DNA from: Planctomycetota bacterium
GTDB lineage: Bacteria > Planctomycetota > Planctomycetia > Pirellulales > UBA1268
Assembly (NCBI GenBank): GCA_029978905.1
Contig: JAPOIM010000001.1
Location: 95,871 to 159,870, forward strand
Direction of reading: 5' to 3'
DNA: 64,000 nucleotides
Position 1 is the stretch's first letter. The number at the start of each line of letters is the position of its first letter. Positions 1-12,193 of the stretch are shown piece after piece. The notes under the pieces are model-generated. The model did no database searches, had not been told where the DNA came from, and saw only the letters and a program-made list of their open reading frames with translations. A program made the translations under genes and the position numbers.

Positions 1-1119
1 TTCGCCGAGGATGCGATCGAGTTCCTGCCGTACACGATCGATGCCCCAGCGGTAGTGCTGTCGGTTCTGCACCCACTCAAACCAACTGGCGGTGACCCCT
101 CCCGCATTCGCCAGGATGTCGGGCAAGACTGTCACACCACGCTCGGTCAGCATCGCATCGGCATCGGGCTCCACGGGTGCATTCGCGCCCTCGACAATGG
201 CCCGAGCCCGGACGGCATCGGCATTCGCCGCAGTCAGCACCCCGCCAAGCGCCGCTGGAATGAGCACGTCAACGTCCAGTGCGAGCAGTTCTCGGTTGTC
301 GATACCATCGGCCCCGGGGAAGCCCACCACGCGCCCATCGTGGGCGTGTTGATAGCGGGAAAGTTCCAAGACATCGATTCCATCGGCACGGTAGAGCCCG
401 CCCGAGGCATCACTCACCGCCACAATCCGACACTCGGCACTCTTGAGAAACAACGCGGCATGCGACCCGACATTGCCAAACCCTTGCACGGCGACGGTCG
501 TGCCCGGCGCGCGCAGGCCTAGCCGGCTGAGGAGTTTGAGCGTGAGGATCCCGACGCCGCGGCCGGTTGCTTCTTCCCGCCCGGCAATCCCGTGGTACTC
601 AACCGGCTTGCCCGTCACGCAGGCGGGCGCAAACCCGTGGTAGTGGCTGTATTGGCTCATGAACCACGCCATCTCGGTGGCGCTCGTGCCCAGGTCAGGC
701 GCGGGAATGTCGTGATCGGGCCCCACGAGATCGTGGATCACATCCACGAAGCGGCGAGTGATCCGCTCACGCTCGCGGGCTGAGTGCTGATGGGGATCGA
801 TCGCGATGCCTCCCTTCGCGCCGCCATACGGGATATCCACCACGGCCGTCTTCCAGGTCATCAGCGCCGCGAGCGCCCGCACCTCATCCAGATCCACCTG
901 CGGGTGATACCGCAGCCCCCCCTTCATAGGGCCACGAGCCGCGTTGTGTTGCACCCGATAGCCGATGAAGGTGGCGATCTCGCCGCTGTCGAGTTCCACC
1001 GGAACCTGAACCTGCACCTCGCGTTTTGCGGTCAGGAGGAGCCGTCGCATGCTCTCTGAGAGATCGAGTTGATTGGCAGCCTGCTCGAAGTAGGCCGACG
1101 TGGCTTCAATGCTCCGCAT
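1..1119 (-). CDS. gdhA: Glu/Leu/Phe/Val dehydrogenase family, most likely glutamate dehydrogenase. The 3' end is cut by the window edge.
   Basis: Not in the ORF track because no stop lies in the window. My reverse-strand translation from the ATG at 1119 gives MRSIEATSAYFEQAANQLDLSESMRRLLLTAKREVQVQVPVELDSGEIATFIGYRVQHNAARGPMKGGLRYHPQVDLDEVRALAALMTWKTAVVDIPYGGAKGG. This contains the GDH catalytic-lysine motif PYGGAKGG. The frame stays open to position 1. Confidence 0.85.
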   Translation of the reverse strand, partial: MRSIEATSAYFEQAANQLDLSESMRRLLLTAKREVQVQVPVELDSGEIATFIGYRVQHNAARGPMKGGLRYHPQVDLDEVRALAALMTWKTAVVDIPYGGAKGGIAIDPHQHSARERERITRRFVDVIHDLVGPDHDIPAPDLGTSATEMAWFMSQYSHYHGFAPACVTGKPVEYHGIAGREEATGRGVGILTLKLLSRLGLRAPGTTVAVQGFGNVGSHAALFLKSAECRIVAVSDASGGLYRADGIDVLELSRYQHAHDGRVVGFPGADGIDNRELLALDVDVLIPAALGGVLTAANADAVRARAIVEGANAPVEPDADAMLTERGVTVLPDILANAGGVTASWFEWVQNRQHYRWGIDRVRQELDRILGE

Positions 1120-1273
1120 CGACGGATCCTTGGTGTGTGAGCGACGAGTCGCCTGGGAGGAGGCTCCTGCTGGCAGCCTATCGGGGGACGGGCTCCCCTC
1201 ACAACAGCCGCGTGTCGCCGCATCTCCTCACCGCTCGCTACATTGAGAGAGCAACGCGACACGAAAGGACCTC

Positions 1274-4042
1274 ATGGCCGCGACGGTTTCTGCTGCTGAT
1301 TTCTGGAACCTTCTCCTTTCCAGCCGACTGCTTTCCGCGGAACACCTCCAGACGCTCCGGAAGGAGTTTGAAAATGGGTGGGCCGAGTCCCGCACCGGTG
1401 ATGCGGATGCCGTGGCGATTGCCACCTGGCTCGGGAAGCAAAACGTGCTCACCGCCTGGCAAGCCCGCCAGTTGCTCCGTGGCCGCGGCAGCCAGTTCTT
1501 CCTCGGTGACTACAGGCTTCGTGAACAGCACAAAACTCCCTTCCGTGGCCGCCTCTTTTCCGCGACACACGAGCCCTCGGGCCGCGACGTGTCGATCGTC
1601 GTGCTTGAGTCCGACGCGTGTAAAGATCCGGCCGCATGGAACGCGATCGTGGAGGCCACGCAACGGGCCACGCAGGTGACCGACCCTGCCGTGAGCAAGA
1701 CGTGGGCGTTGGAACAGGCCGGAAAGCGCAGCCTGATTGTCTGCGAACCGCTTCTCGGGATTCCGCTGAGCGAGCGGTTCTCCAAAACCGGCTCACGCCC
1801 CCTCGCGGAAACCGGCGCGCTCATGTTTGCCATTGCCCGCGGTGTCGCCGAGTTGCACCGTCTGGGAATCGTCCACGGCGCCATTTCCCTCCACACCATT
1901 TGGGAGACAGAACCTCGCCGAGCGAGCGCCGACACCACCGCACCGGTGCGTCTGCTGCAGTTCCCCCTCGCCGGTGACCCACACCTGCTTCCCCCGCAGT
2001 TACCGCGTGACGCCACGCAACGCGAGGCCCTCGGGCAACGCATCTGTTTCATCGCCCCCGAGTTGGCCACTCCCGGCGTTACCGCAACGGCCACCAGCGA
2101 TGTCTACTCCCTGGGCTGCGTGCTGGCGGCACTCCTCACCGGACAACTCCCCAACTGGGACGGTACCGTCTCCGGGACGCTCGCTCGAGCCGAACAGCAT
2201 GGGCTCGCATCGCTCCCCACGACCGGCCTGCCGAATGAGGTGACGACGGCGATCGGCTACATGACCGCTCGTGACCCACTCGACCGCTACGCTTCGGCAG
2301 TGGAAGCCGCAGCCGCCGTGGCGGCGTGCTTCGGCCTGCCGGAGTTTCCCCTGGATCCGCCCGCCAAGGCCCCGGTCGCGACCGAAGGCCCAGTCGCAGG
2401 AATGCGGCTCAACGAGCCGGCGGGGCGGTCGACCTCGTCGCGCCGCCGCCGCCGGGCTGCCGCCAACCGATCCAAGCGCTGGCAGACGCTCCTCATTGCG
2501 GCCGTCGCGATCACGGTGGTGGCAGGCACGGCGGTCGTCGGCATCTGGAGAGGCTTTGGGCCGCGTCAGGACGACGAGACCGTCGTCAGCAACTCTGACA
2601 ACAACGAGCCAACGGAAGGCGAAACCGGCGACGAGGGTACGGCCAACAACGAACCAACCCCCACCGGCCGCCGCCAGGAACTCGTCGACGACGAAACGCT
2701 TCCCTGGGCCTCTCCCACCACCGGCATTCCGCCATCGCTGAACTACCTGCCACAGGGAAGCCAGTGTGTCCTGCTTGCGAAACCCGCGGAGCTCCTCGCA
2801 GACGATGAGGGGCAACGCGTGGTGGAGGCTCTGGGGCCTGAGGTTGAACAGCTGCTGCTCCAAGCAGAAACGTTGACCGGTCTGCCACGCAACCAACTCA
2901 CCGAGGTCCGTGTCGGCTGGTGCACCACGGCGGAGGGGAGCCCAAGCATCGGGGTCGTGCTGGTGACCAGCGCACCGCTTGAAAAGGATGGCAGCGGCAC
3001 CTGGCACAAGGGCGCTTCTCGCGATGTCGATGGCGAAACGGTGTACGACGCCGCCGGCATGCATACCTGGCTCCCCACAGCCGAAGAGGGGCGTGTGCTG
3101 GTCGTGGCTCCCCAAGTGGCGATCGAGGAGAGCATCGCCGCGGAGGGCATGCCTCTGCTCTCGCCCGACTTTGAACGGCTTCTGGCGATGCTTGATGAGG
3201 AGCGTCACCTCACGCTGATGGTGTCGCCGAGTTTTCTCCGCAATGACGGACAGCTTTTCCTGTCGAAGCAGCTCACCCCGCCTGCCACCGCAGTGGCAGA
3301 CCTCCTTGGCGAACCCACAACCGCCGCGGCACTGTCGCTCTTCCTCGGAGACACAACCTGCTACCTCGAGATCGATGCCGTCCCGGTGACGGCCGAGCCC
3401 CCGCGGCGTCTTGTGGACGCGGTCGCCGCGAGGGTCAGCGAACTCCCCGACGAGGTCGAGGAGCACTGCCTCAGCCTTGCCGGCGGCGGATATGGCGGAC
3501 GGCTGATTGGACGCCTGCCGGGCATGCTTCGCGTGGTGGCTGCGGAACTTCGCTGGGGCATCGAGGATGGGCTGGCCGTGCTGAATGTCTATCTTCCCCG
3601 AGAGGCCGCACACAACATTCTGCTGGCGAGTGAACTGGCGCTCGCCCAGGAATCCAACGCGGTCACGGCGGTGGCAGTCGTGACTGAGGAACCGGCCCCA
3701 CCACCGCAGACGGTCGAGGACAAACTCGCGCAGCAGGTGAGCCTCGTCTTCGCCAAAGACACCCTGGAGAGGTCGATTGAGATGCTGGCCGCCGACAGCG
3801 GCATCCCGATGGAGATCCTCGGGGGGGATCTCCAACTCGAGGGGATCACCAAAAACCAGTCGTTTGGCCTCGATGCGAAGAATCAGTCGGTCGATGCCAT
3901 CCTGCGGACGATCCTGGAGAAAGCGAACCCCGACGGCAAACTCGTGTACGTGATCCGAGGCGAGGGCGACACCGCATCGCTGGCGATCACCACGCGCGCC
4001 GCAGTCGCCAAACGGGGAGAACCGCTGCCGCCGGGCTTCTGA
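1274..4042 (+). CDS. Membrane-anchored Ser/Thr-kinase-like protein, predicted pseudokinase, with a large extracytoplasmic C-terminal region
   Basis: 922-aa ORF. Kinase-like landmarks are LHRLGIVH, FIAPELATPG and DVYSLGCVLAALLTGQLP. The VAIK, HRD and DFG positions read VSIVVL, HGAISLHTIW and QFPLAG. An RRRRR stretch is followed by the TM segment WQTLLIAAVAITVVAGTAVVGIW. Confidence 0.75.
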   Translation: MAATVSAADFWNLLLSSRLLSAEHLQTLRKEFENGWAESRTGDADAVAIATWLGKQNVLTAWQARQLLRGRGSQFFLGDYRLREQHKTPFRGRLFSATHEPSGRDVSIVVLESDACKDPAAWNAIVEATQRATQVTDPAVSKTWALEQAGKRSLIVCEPLLGIPLSERFSKTGSRPLAETGALMFAIARGVAELHRLGIVHGAISLHTIWETEPRRASADTTAPVRLLQFPLAGDPHLLPPQLPRDATQREALGQRICFIAPELATPGVTATATSDVYSLGCVLAALLTGQLPNWDGTVSGTLARAEQHGLASLPTTGLPNEVTTAIGYMTARDPLDRYASAVEAAAAVAACFGLPEFPLDPPAKAPVATEGPVAGMRLNEPAGRSTSSRRRRRAAANRSKRWQTLLIAAVAITVVAGTAVVGIWRGFGPRQDDETVVSNSDNNEPTEGETGDEGTANNEPTPTGRRQELVDDETLPWASPTTGIPPSLNYLPQGSQCVLLAKPAELLADDEGQRVVEALGPEVEQLLLQAETLTGLPRNQLTEVRVGWCTTAEGSPSIGVVLVTSAPLEKDGSGTWHKGASRDVDGETVYDAAGMHTWLPTAEEGRVLVVAPQVAIEESIAAEGMPLLSPDFERLLAMLDEERHLTLMVSPSFLRNDGQLFLSKQLTPPATAVADLLGEPTTAAALSLFLGDTTCYLEIDAVPVTAEPPRRLVDAVAARVSELPDEVEEHCLSLAGGGYGGRLIGRLPGMLRVVAAELRWGIEDGLAVLNVYLPREAAHNILLASELALAQESNAVTAVAVVTEEPAPPPQTVEDKLAQQVSLVFAKDTLERSIEMLAADSGIPMEILGGDLQLEGITKNQSFGLDAKNQSVDAILRTILEKANPDGKLVYVIRGEGDTASLAITTRAAVAKRGEPLPPGF

Positions 4043-4074
4043 AGCCGCCTGCGGCGAAAGGCCCGGCGAGGCCA

Positions 4075-5412
4075 CTACTGCAAGAGCAGCATCCCAATCG
4101 CCATGTAGATCAGGATCCCCACCACGTCGACGATCGCCGACACGAACGGGTTGCTCATCAAGGCCGGGTCGAGGCCGATCGAACGAAACACGAGGGGCAA
4201 ACTCGACCCCACCATCGTGCCCATCATGACCACGCCCATGATGGTGACCGGGATCACCAACGCATCCGTCAGGCTCGGCGCGTAAAAGGCCGCCAGCAGA
4301 AAGCCCGGCACGGCCAGGAGCATCCCCAGCAGGATCCCCAACACCACCTCACGTCGCAAAATCCGCGGCCAATCTGCGAGCGAGCAGTCGCCCGTGGAGA
4401 GGGCCGTGATCACCAGCGTGGCCGATTGGTTGCCGCAGTTGCCGCCGCTCGCCACCACGAGCGGAAGAAAGGCGATCAGCCAGGCGTGCTGGATCGGCGC
4501 CCGTGCCAGGAGCATCGCGGTGATCGCCCCAGTGCCGAAAAGGATGGTCAGCCAAACGCCTCGCTTCCAGGTCATGGAGGTGACCGCTGCCTCGAGGTAG
4601 CTCTCACCGAGTGGAGCGATGGCAGCGATCATATGGGCATCGTCAGTGGCATCTTCCCGAATCGCATCGAGCGCGTCGTCGTGGGTGATAATCCCAACGA
4701 GCCGATTGTCGGCGTCGACCACGGGAATCGCCAGAAAGTCGAAGCGAGCAAGTTTCTGCACCACCTGGTCGCGGGCCTCGTCGAGCCGGACGCGAATCAC
4801 GTCCGTCTCCATCAAGTCGCGGACGAGGGCTGTGGGACGAGCCACGATCAAATCGCGGAGCGACACAAACCCCACCAGGTGACGCTCTGCATCAAGCACG
4901 TAGATGTAGTAGATCGACTCGCTGTCAGGGGCCTGCGCCCGCAACCTAGCGATCGCCTCACCCGCCGTGATGCCCGTGGGGAGGGACGCATACTCGGTGG
5001 TCATCAGCGACCCTGCCGAGTCTTCCGGGCACGACAGCAGCATCCGGATGTTCTGCCGCTCTGCTTTGGCAACGAATGGCAGAATCGCCTCCACGAGCTC
5101 TTCTTCGAGCTCGCGAAGCACGTCGTCGCGATTGTCCGAGGCCATCGACTCAAGCAACTGGCCTGCTTTGGGTCGATCGGCCAACTCGAGGAGGGCGACC
5201 TGCTCGGGCATCGGATAGTAGGGAAAAATCTCCGCCTGACGATCGACGGACACGCTGTCGAGCAACGTCCAAATCTCGCCCGGTTCCAACCCTTCCGAAA
5301 ACTCTGCCACCGTCGCGGGGTGGAGTTCCTCCGCCACCTCGCGCAGCCCCTGCACGTCACCCTCGGTGATCATGCTGCGCAGTTCCGGAAGCAGGATGGG
5401 ATTGGCAGTCAT
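4075..5412 (-). CDS. mgtE: Magnesium transporter MgtE
   Basis: 445 aa. The layout is an N-terminal MgtE_N-like region, a tandem CBS region (LMTTEYASL..., VGFVSLRDLI, VGIITHDDALD), then a C-terminal multi-TM channel domain (ASGGNCGNQSATLVI). Confidence 0.9.
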   Translation of the reverse strand: MTANPILLPELRSMITEGDVQGLREVAEELHPATVAEFSEGLEPGEIWTLLDSVSVDRQAEIFPYYPMPEQVALLELADRPKAGQLLESMASDNRDDVLRELEEELVEAILPFVAKAERQNIRMLLSCPEDSAGSLMTTEYASLPTGITAGEAIARLRAQAPDSESIYYIYVLDAERHLVGFVSLRDLIVARPTALVRDLMETDVIRVRLDEARDQVVQKLARFDFLAIPVVDADNRLVGIITHDDALDAIREDATDDAHMIAAIAPLGESYLEAAVTSMTWKRGVWLTILFGTGAITAMLLARAPIQHAWLIAFLPLVVASGGNCGNQSATLVITALSTGDCSLADWPRILRREVVLGILLGMLLAVPGFLLAAFYAPSLTDALVIPVTIMGVVMMGTMVGSSLPLVFRSIGLDPALMSNPFVSAIVDVVGILIYMAIGMLLLQ

Positions 5413-5584
5413 CGCAAGAAGGTTCTCGCCGTCGCGTTCATCTGTGCCATCAAGGCCCCCCGCTTACCATCCCGGGGCCAGTTCGTTGTCGACCAAGGGG
5501 GGTAGCGCTAGACTCGACTGAGTTCTCAACTCGGGTGTTTCACACGGTCTCTCCATCGTACGTCGAGTTTCAGGGAAAACGTGA

Positions 5585-8448
<2,864 letters not shown>

Positions 8449-8720
8449 GTGTGGCCGTACCACACGGAGCCGGCTGCGGGGCGACAGAAGTTTCGTCGCT
8501 GGAGTTTTTCTTGTCGACGGTGCTGCTGCGGTGGTGAGCCGGTTGCTCGAAAACCGCGCCACGCTTCTCAAGCTTCAGCCGACCGCTTCGCCTCGCGAAG
8601 GATGAGTCTCGCCAGTGGGTGAGCGTGGAGTGCTCAGCAGCCGTGTGGGGAGTCGCTCCAATCACTCACCGATCTAGTGAGTCGTCGCTACACGCACGTG
8701 CGACCACCAGACGCTCTGCC

Positions 8721-8755
8721 GTCCGCAAGTCGTTGAAAAAAAAGGACTTGCGGAC
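8721..8755. promoter_or_regulatory. Perfect 11-bp inverted repeat with a 13-nt loop containing A8. Candidate operator or 5' leader hairpin upstream of the PEP-CTERM gene.
   Basis: GTCCGCAAGTC (8721-8731) and GACTTGCGGAC (8745-8755) flank the loop GTTGAAAAAAAAG. The element is flanked by direct GACCACC words. Confidence 0.45.
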
Positions 8756-8864
8756 CACCGGCTGACCGCCGCGCCCCGTGGCACGAAACTTGCTCCCTTT
8801 TCGCACCGATGGCCTTCCGACTGCAGACGGAAGGGATGACACGTGCCTGGGAGCTCGGCTTCGT

Positions 8865-9953
8865 ATGCGTCGATTGTGTCTTGGACTGCTGGCCTTCGGT
8901 TTTTTCTGGATCGCCCCCTCCGCATCGCTCGCCCAGCCCATCGTGACCGACCCCGGGCAAGGGGTCGTCGCGCTCTCCAGCGGTGCAACTGTCGCTGCCG
9001 AACTGAGCGGGATCACCTACGTAGGAGGGTCGACGTACTACGCGGTGGGCGACAACGGCGCGAAGTCGTTTTGGGAAATCACGGCAGGCATCGACACCAG
9101 CACTGGGCGGCTGACCGGGTCGCCGACCGTCACCGGCAGCCTGGCCGCGGCAGGCCTCGGCACCGATTCCGAGGGGATCGCGTATCGCGCGACCACGGGC
9201 AGTTTCTTCGTGAGCGACGAAGTGGCCTCCACGATCACGGAGTTCAGCAGCACCACCGGCAGCACGCTTGGCAGCGTGACGGTGCCCGCGATCTACCAGC
9301 CCTCCAACGTGCAAAACAACATGGGGCTTGAGTCGCTCGCCTGGGGAGCCGGGGGGCTCTGGACCGCCAACGAAGAGGCGCTCGTGCCTGATGGCTCGCT
9401 CTCCACCGCCTCCACCGGCAGCTGGATTCGCATTCAGCAGTTCGACAGCTCGCTGACCGCGATCGGGCAGTGGGGCTACCTGACCGATCCAATCACCGCG
9501 ATGAACCCTTTCATCACCCAAGAGCGGAGCGGCGTGGTCGATATCCTGCCCTGGAGCAGCACGGAACTCCTCGTGCTGGAGCGGGAACTTGGTGGAGCGG
9601 TCGTGCCCACCTTTCGCTCACGGCTGTACGTAGTCGACACAGCCTCAGCCACCGATGTCTCCGCCTTTGCCACGATCGATGCTGGCGGCTTCACGCCCCT
9701 CTCAAAGAACCTGCTGTGGGAGCAAAACTTTGGCACCACCTCCAACTTCGAAGGCATGACCTACGGGCCCACGCTCGACAATGGGATGCAGAGCCTGCTG
9801 CTTATCTCCGACAATGGCGGCGGCCTCTCCCAGAATCTCTACGCCCTCACGGTGACCGCCCCTGTGCCGGTGCCAGAACCCACCACCTGGGCGCTTCTGG
9901 GCTCGGCAAGCCTGGGGGCCCTCGCGACCCGGCTACGACGACGTTTTGCGTGA
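8865..9953 (+). CDS. PEP-CTERM-anchored secreted protein with a phytase-like (esterase-like activity of phytase) beta-propeller domain
   Basis: The ATG at 8865 gives the signal peptide MRRLCLGLLAFGFFWIAPSASLAQP. Motifs SEGIAY, GLESLAW and NFEGMTYGP are present. The C-terminus VPVPEPTTWALLGSASLGALATRLRRRFA has PEP, a TM segment and a basic tail. Confidence 0.8.
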   Translation: MRRLCLGLLAFGFFWIAPSASLAQPIVTDPGQGVVALSSGATVAAELSGITYVGGSTYYAVGDNGAKSFWEITAGIDTSTGRLTGSPTVTGSLAAAGLGTDSEGIAYRATTGSFFVSDEVASTITEFSSTTGSTLGSVTVPAIYQPSNVQNNMGLESLAWGAGGLWTANEEALVPDGSLSTASTGSWIRIQQFDSSLTAIGQWGYLTDPITAMNPFITQERSGVVDILPWSSTELLVLERELGGAVVPTFRSRLYVVDTASATDVSAFATIDAGGFTPLSKNLLWEQNFGTTSNFEGMTYGPTLDNGMQSLLLISDNGGGLSQNLYALTVTAPVPVPEPTTWALLGSASLGALATRLRRRFA

Positions 9954-11534
9954 CCATCCCGTGCCATCGGCACGGTCTTCCAGCACGATATTCAACGAGC
10001 CCAGGCGGTCGCGGACCAGGTCGGCGGTGGCGAAGTCTTTTGCTTTCCGGGCGTTGGCCCGGATCTCAATCACGAGTTCCATCAGCCCTCCCACGAGGGC
10101 CTCGTCGGCTCCACCCGAGGCCTTCGGCGGCTCGAGGAAAAGTCCCAAGACGGCCGTGAGTTCCCGCAGCGTGAGCATCATCGCGGCCAGCGTGCCCAAG
10201 TCGGCCTCAGACTTTTTCGTCTCGAGTTGCTGTTGGTCGATGAACTTGTTGACCACCCGCACTGAGTCGAAGAGCGATGCGATCGCCACGGCTGTGTTGA
10301 AGTCGTCGTCCATGGCCGCGAGAAACTTCTGCCGCAAGCCCGCCAACTCGTCGCCGGCAGCAGTGGCCTGGGCATCGCCGTCACGTCGCGTCCGGCAGGG
10401 GAGGGCGTAAAACGACGTTCCGCTGACCCGTTCGCTGCGAGCGAAGAGCCGGCGAAATGCCTCCAGGGCCCGAGCGCTCTCGGCCAGCGGCTCCTCCCCA
10501 AAGTGGATCGGGCTGCGGTAGTGCGTCGAAACCAGCAGCATCCGGATCGACTCAGGCTCGTGCCGCGCGAGCAGCGTCTTAAACGGTTCCGCACCCGTGG
10601 ATTTCGAAATCTTCGAGGCGGTCTGGGCTTCGATGCTGTCGCCGCTCTCGGCCGACGCGTCGTCGCTCCCCCTCGGCCGGCCACCCACCTTCCCGGCAGC
10701 GCCAGACGCCTGCATCAGCCCGTTGTGCATCCAGTAACTCGCCATCGCGCAGCCGTGCAGCGACTCACTCTGGGCGATTTCGTTTTCATGGTGCGGAAAG
10801 ACGAGATCCAGCCCGCCGCCATGGATGTCGAAATGGTCACCAAGAATCGCCTCGCTCATCGCAGAGCATTCAATGTGCCACCCGGGGCGTCCTGCCCCCC
10901 AGGGGCTGTCCCACGAAGGCTCGCCGTCCTTGGCCTTCTTCCAGAGCGCGAAGTCGGCAGCCGACCGCTTCCGATCGGCGGTCGAGCCTCCGTCACCCTG
11001 CGTCGCCTCAACCGAACGGTTGGTGAGCTTCCCGTAGTCGGCGTCTTTCTGCACATCGAAATAGACGTCGCCATCGCTCGCGTATGCAAAGCCCTTGCTG
11101 ATCAGACCTTCAATGAAGCGAATAATCGTGCCGATGTGATCAGTCGCCTTAGGCATCTGGTCGATGCCCGTGACTCCGAGCGAGGCGAGGTTTTCCAGAT
11201 AGTCTGCGGTCATCTCCTCCGCCAAGGCCGCCATCGTCATTCCACGACGCGTGCTCTCAGCGATCAGCTTGTCGTCGACATCGGTGATGTTGACGACCCA
11301 CGTGACGTCCCAGCCAGAGTAGGCGAGGTGCCGCTTCACGGTGTCAAAGATCACGGGGCCAACCATGTGGCCGATGTGGCTGGGCTTGTAGACCGTCGGC
11401 CCGCAGAGATACATGCCGACGCGCCCCGGCTGCACAGTAACCAGCGGCTCCTTCTCTCGCGAGAGCGTGTTGTAGACCTGAATCGCAGGGAGGCCACTCG
11501 CAGACGCGTCGGACAGCGTGGAGGCGTTCGTCAT
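9933..11534 (-). CDS. cysS: Cysteine--tRNA ligase
   Basis: The internal ATG at 11534 gives MTNASTLSD...IQVYNTLSREKEPL. The HIGH motif reads PSHIGHMVGP, followed by FPHHENEIAQSE. The KMSKS loop reads KISKS. Confidence 0.93.
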   Translation of the reverse strand: MTNASTLSDASASGLPAIQVYNTLSREKEPLVTVQPGRVGMYLCGPTVYKPSHIGHMVGPVIFDTVKRHLAYSGWDVTWVVNITDVDDKLIAESTRRGMTMAALAEEMTADYLENLASLGVTGIDQMPKATDHIGTIIRFIEGLISKGFAYASDGDVYFDVQKDADYGKLTNRSVEATQGDGGSTADRKRSAADFALWKKAKDGEPSWDSPWGAGRPGWHIECSAMSEAILGDHFDIHGGGLDLVFPHHENEIAQSESLHGCAMASYWMHNGLMQASGAAGKVGGRPRGSDDASAESGDSIEAQTASKISKSTGAEPFKTLLARHEPESIRMLLVSTHYRSPIHFGEEPLAESARALEAFRRLFARSERVSGTSFYALPCRTRRDGDAQATAAGDELAGLRQKFLAAMDDDFNTAVAIASLFDSVRVVNKFIDQQQLETKKSEADLGTLAAMMLTLRELTAVLGLFLEPPKASGGADEALVGGLMELVIEIRANARKAKDFATADLVRDRLGSLNIVLEDRADGTGWSRKTSS

Positions 11535-11625
11535 GGATCTTCTCTCTCGTGCAACGGACATGTGTTTTGGAAAAACGAAAAAGGAGGAACGGGAAGGAGC
11601 CAGGGACTCCCCGGGAGCTCGCGCG

Positions 11626-12132
11626 TCACGCCGACTCACCGGCAGACGCTCGCGTCACAAGAGCGACACACTCCGCCGCGATGGCCAGTTCTTCACCAAT
11701 CGGCCCAACGCGTTCGCCGGTCTTGGCCTTGAGGCCGATCTGGTCCATCGCCACGCCAAGGATCACGGAAATCTTCTCCCGCATTTGGTTACGGTAGGGA
11801 AGGATTTTGGGCCGTTGGGCAAAGATCACGCAATCGAGGTTCATGATCTCCCACCCCGCCGCGGACAGCCGGCCAGCCGCTGCCGCGAGCATCTCTGCAG
11901 AGTCTCGCCCCCGGTTGGCGGGGTCGGTATCGGGAAAGAGTTCACCGATATCTCCGAGCGCCGCGGCGCCCAGAATGGCGTCGGTGATCGCGTGCAGCAG
12001 CACGTCGGCATCGCTATGCCCCACGGCATGACGATCATGGTCGATGGTCAGACCACCAAGCACCAGCGGACCGCCCGATTCCAGGCGGTGCGTGTCGTGG
12101 CCGAGACCGATGCGGAAGGGTAAACGCTGCAT
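11626..12132 (-). CDS. ispF: 2-C-methyl-D-erythritol 2,4-cyclodiphosphate synthase
   Basis: 168 aa. FRIGLGHDTHRL...GHSDADVLLHAITDAILGA is the IspF signature. ispF sits next to cysS, as in many bacteria. Confidence 0.93.
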   Translation of the reverse strand: MQRLPFRIGLGHDTHRLESGGPLVLGGLTIDHDRHAVGHSDADVLLHAITDAILGAAALGDIGELFPDTDPANRGRDSAEMLAAAAGRLSAAGWEIMNLDCVIFAQRPKILPYRNQMREKISVILGVAMDQIGLKAKTGERVGPIGEELAIAAECVALVTRASAGESA

Positions 12133-12193
12133 GATGCTCCTGTGCGGGGCGATGATACTGGTGTTTGCTCAATGAGGCCTATACTGCTTCGCC

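Noticed and set aside
2000-4075. 691-aa minus-strand ORF antisense to the kinase-like gene. Similar long shadow ORFs include 4426..5505 (+), 5906..7099 (-), 7603..8571 (-), 10503..11732 (+), 15119..15979 (-), 18955..19935 (+), 21729..22979 (+), 24011..24844 (-), 25663..26787 (-), 45303..46469 (-), 46466..47401 (-), 48482..49411 (-) and 61768..63039 (+).
   Set aside because: Each lies entirely antisense to, or out of frame with, a gene that has clear family motifs. Their translations are Arg/Gly/Pro/His-rich with no motifs, which is the usual stop-codon-poor shadow-frame artefact of high-GC DNA.
5413-5584. An M-box (ykoK) magnesium riboswitch upstream of mgtE.
   Set aside because: The minus-strand leader shows none of the conserved M-box blocks I can recall (for example GUUAGGUGAGGCU). 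I have no support for it.
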